DNA of 64,000 bases, taken from contig NC_043006.1 in the NCBI RefSeq assembly GCF_006345805.1, positions 80,352,001 through 80,416,000 of the forward strand, written 5' to 3'. This DNA comes from Octopus sinensis (Eukaryota). Numbering within the stretch: the first letter of the stretch is position 1; each line of letters opens with the position of its first letter. The notes beneath the pieces were generated by a model. It was not told the origin of the DNA and did not search any database. It was given only the letters and a program-made list of their open reading frames with translations. The position numbers and the translations under genes are program-made. Shown here in pieces: positions 1 through 11,475 of the stretch.

Positions 1-597
1 AACTATATTTTATCAGCAGAAATAACATGAGTGTATAGACAATATGTCCGATCTGTCCATATCTATACAAGTCCTGTCTAGGGCAACAATTTCTCCGAAC
101 CAACAATATTTATCCACGAAGTAAACGCAAACAGAGCACATGGTATCATTGCAGGCTGCGTACCGACAAAATCTAGAATACATGTACAACGAACAAAATA
201 AGAATGTTTTTTTTTCTTCTTGAGCCTTCGGACACCTAAAACCAGTTAAAGTTTTTCCTTATCGTGTAAGTGACCGACAGCATAACATTCTTCCTGGACA
301 GGACACCGGTTTGTTGAATGGTTCAACGCCAGCAACTTTGAGAAGAGATGAGTCGATTACGTTCACCCCAGGATGAAAGTCAATATTAGCCTCATCTAAC
401 GTCTAATTCAGGGAGTTAATTATACCCTCGTATGATTTATGCTGCAAAACCTAATGCACACACCAAATAATTTGAAAATAATTCTGTTGGCACACAGGTG
501 TAAATATCATTTACAGTGGAAGTACGTACAAACATATAAATATCAATACACACACACACACGCACGCACGCACACACATGTGTATATGTGTTCGCGT

Positions 598-674
<77 letters not shown>

Positions 675-726
675 AGGCGAGCTGGCAGAAATGTGTAGCC
701 GTATTTCGTCTGCCGTTAATACTGAA

Positions 727-1062
727 ATAGTGGAGAAGATATGATATTGCTATGGGCTCGCTCTAGGCAAGAAGTTGAACATTTTTTTTGCCCTATGAAA
801 CTACATGGACCCTAAGTAAGGCATGTGTAAAATTTGAATGGAATTGGTTGTGTAGTTCTGAAGTTTTAGGGAATCGTAGTGGAGAAGATATGATATTGCT
901 GTGGGCTCGCCCTAGGCAAAAAGTTCAAAATTGTTTTTGCCGATGACACTCCCCGGACACTAAGTAAGGCATGTGTAAAATTTGAATGAAATTGGTTGTT
1001 CTCAAGTTTTAGGGAAACACACAGACAGACAGACACACATTCTCAGTTTTATATATATATAA

Positions 1063-1065
<3 letters not shown>
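727..1065 (-). mobile_element. Non-autonomous Helitron-like element: 5' end plus two tandem units of about 150 bp
   Basis: Minus strand begins A|TCTTTATATATATATAAAACTGAGAATGTGTGTCTGTCTG, a typical Helitron 5' TC end. Direct repeats at about 727-875 and 877-1015 (tagtggagaagatatgatattgc...gttttaggga). Confidence 0.5.
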
Positions 1066-1144
<79 letters not shown>

Positions 1145-1163
1145 TATATATATAATATATATA

Positions 1164-1212
<49 letters not shown>

Positions 1213-1214
<2 letters not shown>

Positions 1215-1446
1215 GGTTAAAATAGTGAGGAAGGTAAACAATCAGTGAAGGTAGGAGTATGGCATTTAAATTGATTTAATTCACTCTAGAAATAGTAAAA
1301 TAATACAAAACTACTTGAAATAGTAGAGATCTCTACTTTCTTTACCATTTTTGTATTATTTTGATATTTTTAGATTGAATGAAATGAATTTAAATGCCAT
1401 TGTTCTGCCTTGACAAACTGTTTGCCTTCCTCACTACTTTAGCCGA
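1213..1446. repeat. Imperfect palindrome / foldback element
   Basis: Arms of about 115 bp centred on gtagagatctctac (1323-1336); tagtgaggaagg pairs with ccttcctcacta. Confidence 0.75.
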
Positions 1447-1614
1447 TACCTACTGGCTCGGAGGTAAGCTATCAAATGCCAGTTTTGTTTTTCCCCGACT
1501 CTGCCAGAACTCCAGTGGCTATTCTAACTGGAGGTTAGGTGGAACGCATACCCATCATTAGTTTGGGTTGCCTTTAACTAAACTCCTCATATCTTCTGTA
1601 TATATATATATATA

Positions 1615-1681
<67 letters not shown>

Positions 1682-1807
1682 TATATATATATATATGTAT
1701 GTATATATATGCATATATATATTATGAAGACACTTGCCCAAGGTGCCACCCAAGGAGCCATGTGGTTCGTAAGCAAGCTACTTACCACACAGCCATTCCT
1801 ATATATT

Positions 1808-1884
<77 letters not shown>

Positions 1885-2054
1885 TATTATATATATAGAG
1901 AGAAAGAAACAGAGAAAGCGAACGAATATACCTTTGTGGGTAGGTGTAGGTTTTTGTGAGTGTGTATAGTATATATAAGCATATATACATATATATAAAT
2001 ATATAAATATATATATAAATATATAAATATATATATATATATAAATATCAGATG

Positions 2055-2309
2055 TTGTAACACATCGCTGGTCACAATGCGTTCGCTTTGCTTTAGCCTT
2101 CGAATGACGCCACCCCGCTGGCCAACAGAAGAAAGAGTGGGAGAAAGAGTGGTGAAAGAGTACAGCAGGGATCACCACCCCCTGCCGGAGTGTCGTGGAG
2201 CTTTTAGGTGTTTTCGCTCAATAAACACTCACAACGCTCGGTCTGGGAATCGAAACCGCGATCCTACGACCGCGAGTCCGCTGCCCTAACCACTGGGACA
2301 TTGCGCCTC

Positions 2310-2310
<1 letters not shown>
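2055..2310 (-). mobile_element. tRNA-derived SINE, family B head with alternative tail
   Basis: Head ggaggcgcaatgtcccagtggttagggcagcggactcgcgg matches 27630-28006, but the 3' tail differs. Confidence 0.8.
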
Positions 2311-2357
<47 letters not shown>

Positions 2358-2484
2358 TACACACATACACATATATATATATGTATGTATATATATATAT
2401 ATGTATATATGCCTACATATATATTATACACACTCACAAAACCTACAACTATCCACAAAGGTATATTCGCTAGCTTTCTCTGGT

Positions 2485-2529
<45 letters not shown>

Positions 2530-3087
2530 ACGCACACACACACCGTATAATGTGAAGTTATCAGCTGTTTATGTTTATCAGAGTAGTTATCCGATATCCA
2601 AGTCAGGGGCGTAAGCTGCCAACAAACAAAATTCGGTACTCACTAATGCATTTGTAAAGGCTAATATTTTATTACTTCTGTATTACGTGCCTCCTTCCGT
2701 GTTGTGAAAATCATCGTCAAAAACATCTTTATCTTACAGCAGTAAAGAAAGTGAGTCAGTGATATAAACCTTCACTCTATTTTCTCTTCCTCTCCTATCT
2801 GTCCATATGTATGCCTGTCTGTCCGTTTATCGGTTTGTCTCACCGTCTGTGTATATATCGTACGCATACATATATGAAGATATGATCGTGTATGTTCCTT
2901 CTTGCTCTCTATTATTGGTATGTATGTGCGTGTACACGCACACACGTACACACACACATATACATACACGTATTTATATACATATATTTATCCACGACAA
3001 ATACATATGATCATCACTTTTATTCCTCTGTACACGTGTATGTACGCATCCATATATATATATAGATACATATATATATATTCATAT

Positions 3088-3147
<60 letters not shown>

Positions 3148-3228
3148 AATTAAATTAGAGATAAAACCACTATTAGGCAAAATTAAACTTTTAATACCTT
3201 TTTGATAGTTATATATATATATATTATA

Positions 3229-3320
<92 letters not shown>

Positions 3321-3407
3321 TATATGTATATATATACCGGAGTAAACACATAAATGTGAAACAAGGTGAAAAAAGAGTACTCAAATACCAGTGGTAGAGT
3401 AATATGC

Positions 3408-3562
3408 TTTATTTAAAGCAGTAGAAAATTCAACAAAACCTGTTACTCTGAGTTTCCCGTTGCCGTTCATCGGACAGTTTTGCTAGCAAAAACTGTCCGA
3501 TGAACGGCAATGGGAAACTCAGAGTAACAGGTTTTGTTGAATTTTCTGCTGCTTTAAATAAG
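3408..3562. repeat. Near-perfect palindrome carrying two hammerhead-like motifs
   Basis: Arms of about 77 bp centred on tgct|agca (3484/3485). Each arm reads ctgt-CCGATGA-acggcaa(c/t)gg-GAAAC-tcaga-GTA-acag on its own strand. Confidence 0.85.
3493..3530 (+). ncRNA. Minimal type I hammerhead ribozyme motif (mirror copy on minus strand at about 3440-3477)
   Basis: Stem I ctgt/acag; core CCGAUGA (U4C); short stem II with GCAA loop; GAAA; stem III ACTC-a-GAGT; GUA cleavage triplet. Confidence 0.6.
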
Positions 3563-3951
3563 TATATATTATATATATAAATATAAATATTAAAATTTAA
3601 AAGTTTAAAAATTTATAAATTAAAATTTAAAAAAATATAAAAAATATGAAAATTTATAAATATTAATTAAAAATTTTTAATTTAAATAATTTAATTTTAA
3701 ATTTTATATTCTATATATTTTGTATATTATATTAATTATATTTATTTTTATGTTTTGGTTTATGTTTTTCACTGTTTGATTTGCATAATAGTGGTTTAAT
3801 CTCTAATTTAATTTATATTTATACTGTGAAATTTGATTTAATCCTAAATCTAATTTTTCCATGTAAGTTTGGATTTACTCCCGAATATTATTATTATTAT
3901 TATTATTATTATATTATTATATTATTATTATTGATATTATTATATATATAT

Positions 3952-3995
<44 letters not shown>

Positions 3996-4027
3996 CATAC
4001 ATACATACATACATAAATACATATATA

Positions 4028-4190
4028 TGTCGATTTGCTCGACTAAAGGCGGTGATCCAGCGTGGCAGCAGTCAAATGACTGAAACAAGTAAAAGAGTAA
4101 GAGTAAAGGGTGTATATATATATATACAGATGGACCCCAGGACTTATTCTTTGTAAGCCTAGTACTTATTCTAGCGGTCTCTTTTTGCCG
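4028..4190. mobile_element. SINE family A 3' region, split and partly inverted
   Basis: Tail gtcgatttgctcgactaaaggcgg...agtaaaagag on plus (4028-4110). The adjoining upstream part is on minus (4133-4190). Confidence 0.75.
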
Positions 4191-5822
4191 ATATGTATGC
4201 AATATGTAATGTAATGCATAAGAAGGTACAACACGCGCGCACACACACACATGCACATGCACACAATGCAATCACGCTAATGTACTTCTGCATACATATG
4301 TCAAGTAGTGCTTTAGCTTAGCAAAATAATAAGCCTAAGTATAAGCAAATATAATTTACATTGACCATCCTCATACTAATCAATAACTCGAACTTATTTG
4401 AAGTGCAACCGGCCCAATTCACAGGGCAATGTTTCTACACTGTTCATTGTCATGATTCACTGTTAGACGATATCAATTTATGGTATAATACTTGTTCGTA
4501 GTGTCGTCACGGTTCGATGTGTTATTGTTTGAATAAAATATTTGCCATTGATGGCGATACGGTGATTGTGTTAACGAAGTCCTAATGACATATGACAACT
4601 CTCTTTAATGAATTCTATTGTCGCTAAAAATGTCTGGTCTTAGCTGCATTAGACTATTTCATTTTATGCTTTTTGTGTTATTTATTAATATAAGTGCTTT
4701 ATGAAGAATTTGAAGTAACGCTTACTGTTTTAATAACTGGTTTGTACAAGGCGATGTTGAATATGTATAAGAGAAATTAACAATTGATTATAAGAGCTAC
4801 TTAAAAAATTATCTTCCGTAATCCAGATAAATTTAATGTGTATGTGTGTGCGTCTGTGAGTATGAAAATTCTTTTTTCTTAATATAGTTACATCACTGAA
4901 AATTTGGATTCGGTTATGATATCTCTTTGCCGATATGACCTGTTAAATCCGTTTTAGTCGTGCATTATTTGACTGCAATTATGTCTTTTGAAACACTTCC
5001 GAATGTGTGAGTAATATTTAAGGCAATTTTAATTCTAATGAAGACGCCATGCAAAATCGCCGAGCGATATAAGTCTGTGAAATGTTACGATAACCTACTT
5101 CGACACTCTTAGCTGATACTCTTGTAGCCCATCGCAAGCAAATACTCGTACAAACGTTATTGAACTTCTATAGCGCCAATACACATTTTTGTACCACCAC
5201 TCTTCTCAAAAGTTAACAACTTTTTGTCAAGAAATGCTATGGAGTTGTAGGAACTGTCTCACTTCCTCATTTGTAACCATACCCTACGTCTCCGAGTGAA
5301 ATAGGTAAGCTCAGAGTTGAACATATTAAATACTGGACACATTTCCAGCTCTCGATAAAACTAACGTCTGCCAAATCTTCACGTCTTGAAGTATTGTGCT
5401 AAATTTCAAAATGAAATTGTTTGTATAAAACGTTTGTTTCAAAATAAATCTAAAATTTATAAGCGACAATGAAGTAATAGCCTACAATTATATAATTTTA
5501 AACGAAAAGTATGAAAAACTCTTGTTTCTGTTATTTGATTATCTGACTATTAATGCATAAAATATACAAGCGGCCCTGAAAATTCTTTCTGTGATTAAAG
5601 AGGCCTGCAATGTAATTCGAGTTGGCCAGGCCTGCTCTATATAAAACCAGGTGTGCAGGGTGTGGCATTGAACATTTTGGTGATCTTTTGTTGCGCTTGC
5701 TAACATGGCGTTCCCACATTCCTGAGCCTGTGACTCGTATATCTTGCCCCCTCTTTATATACGCCCTGGCATATGTTTTTCCCTGTCTCTGGATCATGCA
5801 CATAGAATGGAGAAGGTCTGTG

Positions 5823-6060
5823 AAGTATTTGTTTCTTTATTACCCACAAGGAGCTAAACATAGAGGGGACAAACACGGACAGACAAACGGATTAAGTCGA
5901 TAACATCGACCCCAGTGCGTAACTGTTACTTAATTTATTGACCCCGTAAGGATAAAAAGCAAAGTCGACCTTGGCGGAATTTGAACTCAGAACGTAACGG
6001 CAGACGAAATACGGCTACACATTTCTCCCGGTGTGCTAACGGTTCTGCCAACTCGCCGCC
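5823..6060 (-). mobile_element. tRNA-derived SINE family D
   Basis: ggcggcgagttggcagaaccgttag head, gagttcaaattcc B-box-like motif and conserved gtcgactttgc...gtcaataaattaagtaacag core; near-identical to 29465-29696. Confidence 0.85.
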
Positions 6061-7098
6061 TTTAGGTCTGTGAGGTATTGTTCAAGTGTTATTGAACATA
6101 AAATTTTAGGTTGCACAATCGCCAGCGAGGCGACTTTCCGATGTCTGGCCGATTACGTGGGCACCGCTGCGAGTATGGAAGCCGAGAGTTCGAACCGAGG
6201 TGAAGTTGACGGCAGTTGTAATAACCTCATGCATGCGTATTTCTGACATTTTGCACGGGTAAATGTCAGTAATGTACTTCTCCGGTTACGAGTGGACAGC
6301 CGTTATGTACAATTGTGTTAGTAATCTGCTCACTGCACGTGATGAACAGTTATGTCGCTATATATGTTCTAATCTTCCAACATTTACTTGTCTTCGCGCC
6401 TGCCATTTATGAATAAATAATAGAAGTCATGAAAGTAGATGGAATTAATTCTGTAGATATGTGAGATCCTGCTTTATAAACACTCGACAGTTTATACTTG
6501 GTGAATATGACTTTTGGGATGTTTTGTGTACAGTGACTAAGCAATGTCTTAATACATGACATAGAATGAATCTGTGAGTTCAGATTCATTCTATGGCAAG
6601 CAATTAGTTTAGGAACGTATTTTAAATTTATCTTTTACTCGTTTCAGTCACTTGATTGTGTCCATGTTGCGCCTTGAACGGTTTTAGTTGAACGATTCGA
6701 ATCCGGTGTATTATTTAAAGCTTAGTACTTATTCTGCCGAACCGGTCAGATATTTTATATTGCTTATTTCTCCTTTTTCGAGATCAGCAACAGTTTGTTT
6801 ATCGCTGGAAAAGTATATAGTATTTTGCGAGTGGAATGAGTTTTCATCACTCGCTTGTGATTAACACAGGCTGAGGACGGGTAACCACCCAGAAACTCGA
6901 GTCCGTGTGTATCACATAAGGCTAGCGATGGGAACGATGACCACCCTTCGCAAACACTAATCGGACACAGAATGTGTGTCGTTAGCCAGCTGGAAGAGGT
7001 TATAAACGTCAGTAGCACTGCCCTGTATAGGTCGCCACACTTGGTTGGCAGTTATATGTTACGATTCCGTACTGCTACTGTTTGTTTCTCGCTCAGAG

Positions 7099-7142
<44 letters not shown>

Positions 7143-7164
7143 ATATAATATATATATATATACT

Positions 7165-8045
7165 AGCTAGTGTACTCGGTAATTCTCGGTGGGGAAACAT
7201 ATTCTATTGAAACGCTTTATTACTCTGATATAAGAAAACAATTTCGTTATAACTGCCATGAAAGATGTCTTTTCCGTTGCGAAAAGTACAAAAAACTGTC
7301 AACTGTCGGAAGTTGGCGAGAGAGTCTGTCGGATGGAAAGGCATCTTTATTCCAAAATTTCCGTGTTGCAGGGCTTCGTGATACACAATGTTTTGGGTTT
7401 TGCCGTTGGGTGCATAGACGAATAAATTTTCCAGATTTCCAACTCTAGAACATCCGACATAGAACTGTCCGTGAGAAAAAGCAGGTTCTGCAAGATTAAA
7501 GCTTACCACTTCCAATGTCTGACCCTGTGCCTTGTTGATGCTCATTGCAAAGCTTAATCTCAGTTGGAATTGTAGCCTTATGAAATCAATTTGTGTGTCG
7601 GAAGGAATGAGAGGAATCTTTGGAATGAAAACATCTTCACCACTTACTTTCCCAGTCAGTATTATTGTTTCCAACCCTGTCTGCATCGATTTTTTGATAA
7701 TAATTCTCGTGCCATTGCATATATTTTGGGGATCGAAGTTTCTTAAAAGCATAACTGGGCTTTAACCTTTAGATGCAATTCATGCGATAGTAATGAACAG
7801 CGTTATTGGTGTGGAGCACAGTTGTTCCAGAAGATGATTGTTTACGTCAGCGACAGCGAGACGGCTTTGTGTCGGCTCAGGGGTTTCATTCTGTCGTGCC
7901 CTTCAAGGTGCCTCTCCTTTCACTGCAAGACGACTTTGTGTCACCTCGGAGGTCTCATCTTGTCGTGCCTTTGCATTTCTATGTCTTTGCGCAGCTAGAC
8001 GTTGTTCTGTGTCTTCGGTTGTTTTCTTATAAATAAAAGATTTTT
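7165..8045 (-). mobile_element. Helitron deletion derivative (PIF1-like helicase C-terminus and 3' end)
   Basis: ORF 7204-7752 has CNGTR, QFQLRLSFAMSINKAQGQTL and SHGQFYVGCSRV motifs. Ends ...gagtacactagCTAG|T against (TA)n. About 85% like 32400-33064 by eye. Confidence 0.9.
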
Positions 8046-9197
8046 GGTATGCATATTAAATGAATAACGTATAAAAGTCATATTGTCTGCAAAAATTAGA
8101 AATTCGACACACCAAAAATCAATATTCAAATTAATGAAACATAAACAATGAAACCTGTAAAATATTTCTAAATTCAATGCCTCAGTTAGTTTCATGAACA
8201 TGTTGTATGAACTGTAAATAAGCAATAAATGCTATGATTTCTAAAATAAATATAACTGATATAAGGTGTCCCAACTCAATGTGGCGTGGAAGTTTGGTTT
8301 CATTTTTTAAGAATTTTAAGCATTCAAAGTATGAGTTCATTGTATTGGGACATCCTTATTAAATACGTTGTGGAATCAAAAATGTATCTACTGTCATCGA
8401 AAAAGTTTAACTGGTAAAATGCAGAATTATCGGAGTTATGGGCATTCAAAGTGTAATGAAATTTAATTGGAAACCTTGCATGCATTACCAGCATTTAGTT
8501 ATTTGGAGATGTTGAAAAAAATGTCTATTAATGCACTGTTTAAATTAATTACAGCAATATGTATATAACTGTTTCGATATTGAAGTAGAATAGACGAAGA
8601 ATAATTGTTTGATTTTAGTAAATATCAAACATAATGAATCAGAGACATACTTGAGATCGCTGTTGTCGCATTAGAGCAGCTTGTGAAGTAGAAGTACCCA
8701 CTCCTACTCTTACTCGTCGTGGTATTTTAAAGATTAACTTTATGAAGGCTAATTTATTAAAGCTAATATATAAATGTACTATATATATTAGCGCGAAAAA
8801 GTATGAATGTATATAAATATTTGAATGAAGTGTTTAAGGTTTAAGATGCAACTCAAGAAAGTGCAATAATAAGGTTTAGCAGTTCAAAACTATGAGTAGT
8901 GAAATGCAGAATTAGGTCCGCTGATCGTGAGAATCAAATATTGATTGCTTCGCTAAAAGTAACAATTTTAGTTAGAGGTTATTTCCCTTGGGTGATAAAA
9001 AAAACAAAACATTAATTATAAATAGTAGATATAAGGATCCTTTCCAGGGACTCTATTATCGACTTTTTCAACAATCTAAGTATGTCACGAGGTTTCCAGA
9101 CATGACTTCTACTCACGTGTCAGTGTTTTATCAAAATCGATAAACGATGTAGGAGACACATCCACAGACAGAATTTTCCACATATGTAGTAGATATA

Positions 9198-9362
9198 GGC
9201 GTAGGCGTGGCTGTGTGGTAAGTAGCTTGCTTATCAACCACATGGTTCTGGGTTCAGTTCCACTGCGTAAGACCATGGGTAAGTGTCTTCTACTATAGCC
9301 TCGGGTCGACCAAAGCCATGTCAGTGGATTTGGTACACGGAAATTGAAAGAAACCCGTCGTA
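9198..9362 (+). mobile_element. tRNA-derived SINE family A (5' half)
   Basis: ggcgtaggcgtggctgtgtggtaagtagcttgc...gggttcagttcc...gaaagaaacccgtcg, then microsatellite. Further copies at about 1725-1800(-), 14170-14470(-), 18608-18840(-), 44270-44775(+), 51965-52065(-). Confidence 0.85.
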
Positions 9363-9401
9363 TTATGTATATGTATATATGTATGTATATGTATATGTAT
9401 G

Positions 9402-9463
<62 letters not shown>

Positions 9464-9570
9464 CATATATTTTAACAATTGAGGATAAAATCTTTACATA
9501 TACATATATACTTATACATAGATACATACATACATACATACATATATACATAAATACATAATACATAACA

Positions 9571-9620
<50 letters not shown>

Positions 9621-10205
9621 CCTACATACATATGAGTGTGTGTTTGTGTGTGGTAGGGGAAATCCAAGGTGTTTCCTCTTGAAGCGCATCTGCTTATTCT
9701 GGCAATACAATCCAGGATGTTATTGTTGTCGTTGTTGCATTCGTATGCGGAACATATTCACGCCGAAAATTCTGGAAGTACTATTTGCGCAGTTATCATG
9801 TAACAAATCAAGAAGATGGATAATTATGATATTTGATTCTCTGTCGGAAAAGTTGCTAATGAGAAATTTCTTACATGTTTATTCAACATGTAATTTTGTG
9901 ATTCCTAAGAGGAAATGAAAAATTTGCAATGATGAATAAATAATGCAAAAAATATATTCCAACTTCCTGTTGTGCGATCTCCCTTTCTATCTCCCGCTCT
10001 GTCTGTCTGTATCTGTCTGTTTATCTGTCTCTGTCGGTCTGTTGCTGTCAGTCTGTCTGTCTTTCTGCCTGCCTGCCTGTCTGTCTCTCTCTGCATATAT
10101 ATATATATATATATGCATAGTAGAAGTATATATGTTACGTTAACATGGTGGACAAGTCAGTTTTAGCTTCCCTACTATTATAATGTAAACCTTTTTGAAC
10201 TCATA

Positions 10206-10690
10206 ATATTCTGTGCGTGTATACCAATACTCCACTGAACTTTTTAATAATTCCTTCTGGAAATTATCTTGAGAATGTATATATTTGTTGTAATCTTTTT
10301 TGTCCAATATTTCAATGAACTTGTTAAACTTTTTTATGTTCTTAACATACTCTTGTCACCAAAGAATGTATATATATGTATTGTAGTACTCTGTGTCAAC
10401 CAATATTCTGTGCGTGTTTGAATATACAGATACAATACCAATATCCTACTGAACTTTTTAATAATTCCTTCTGGAAACTATCTTTAACATGTTCTTGAGA
10501 ATGTATATTTATCTTGTTATCTTTTGTGCCCAATATTTTAAGGAACTTGTTAAACTTTTTTATGTCCTTAACATATGTTAAACTTTTTTATGTCCTTAAA
10601 CTTTTTTATGTCCTTAAACTTTTTTATGTCCTTGTTATGTCCTTAACAAAGATTGTATATATGTAATGTAGCATTTTGTAACAACCAATA
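10206..10690. repeat. Tandem duplication of about 195 bp with nested 18-bp repeats
   Basis: aatattctgtgcgtgt...actgaactttttaataattccttctggaaa occurs twice; ttaaacttttttatgtcc about 4 times in the second unit. Confidence 0.8.
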
Positions 10691-11018
10691 ATTAACGCAA
10701 CCAAACTTTTACGTGTTACTTTTGACAATCTTTTTCCAAAGAGTGAAGCCGGTAAAGTAAATAGACATCTTTTAAAATTGCATTTTCAAACCTTCTTGTG
10801 ATATATAATCACAATTTAAGTTAGTTGAAATATGTCTGTCACATATTTCAACTGCTAAAGGCAAATATACTATAGTTACCGTGGAAAAAAGCATCTCTCT
10901 TATGGTAAAAAGGCGTGAAAACACCCTATTCGTTCAGTGTGACCCACTCTCGGGAATCTGAGACATCGATGTTCTAATTAGTGCTTATACGTAAATCCTG
11001 GTTCGCGCATTTATTCCG

Positions 11019-11083
<65 letters not shown>

Positions 11084-11439
11084 GAATGTTTTATGTTTTT
11101 TCAAATGAGAACAATCTCATTTGAGATATTTGTAAGCCGTTGAATTATAGACATACGCTGTTAGAACAAGCATGATACACTCAAACTATCTGTAGTTAAT
11201 AGATATATGTATATATGTGTGATGGTCTGTGCGTGAGCGTTCATATTTGTCCGTGCGTTCATCTGTGTGCGTGTGCTTATGCGCCTTGAGTGCGTGCGTG
11301 TATTTACAAAGCGGTGTGTCGTGGGTTTGAGCATTGAAGAAATGAATACATACAATATTTACAATGGTGACTCATTTGCCGAATCAATTTAATGAATGAT
11401 TGAAAATTAATTTAAATGACTGAAATAATCCAGTCTGCG

Positions 11440-11445
11440 TTTATT
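11440..11445 (-). terminator. Candidate polyadenylation signal of GPCR copy 1
   Basis: AATAAA on the minus strand 30 nt after the stop codon. Confidence 0.4.
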
Positions 11446-11475
11446 GAGTACACTAATTATGAGCATTGTTTCTTA

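Noticed and set aside
1-230. LINE RT C-terminal remnant
   Set aside because: No diagnostic motif could be read confidently.
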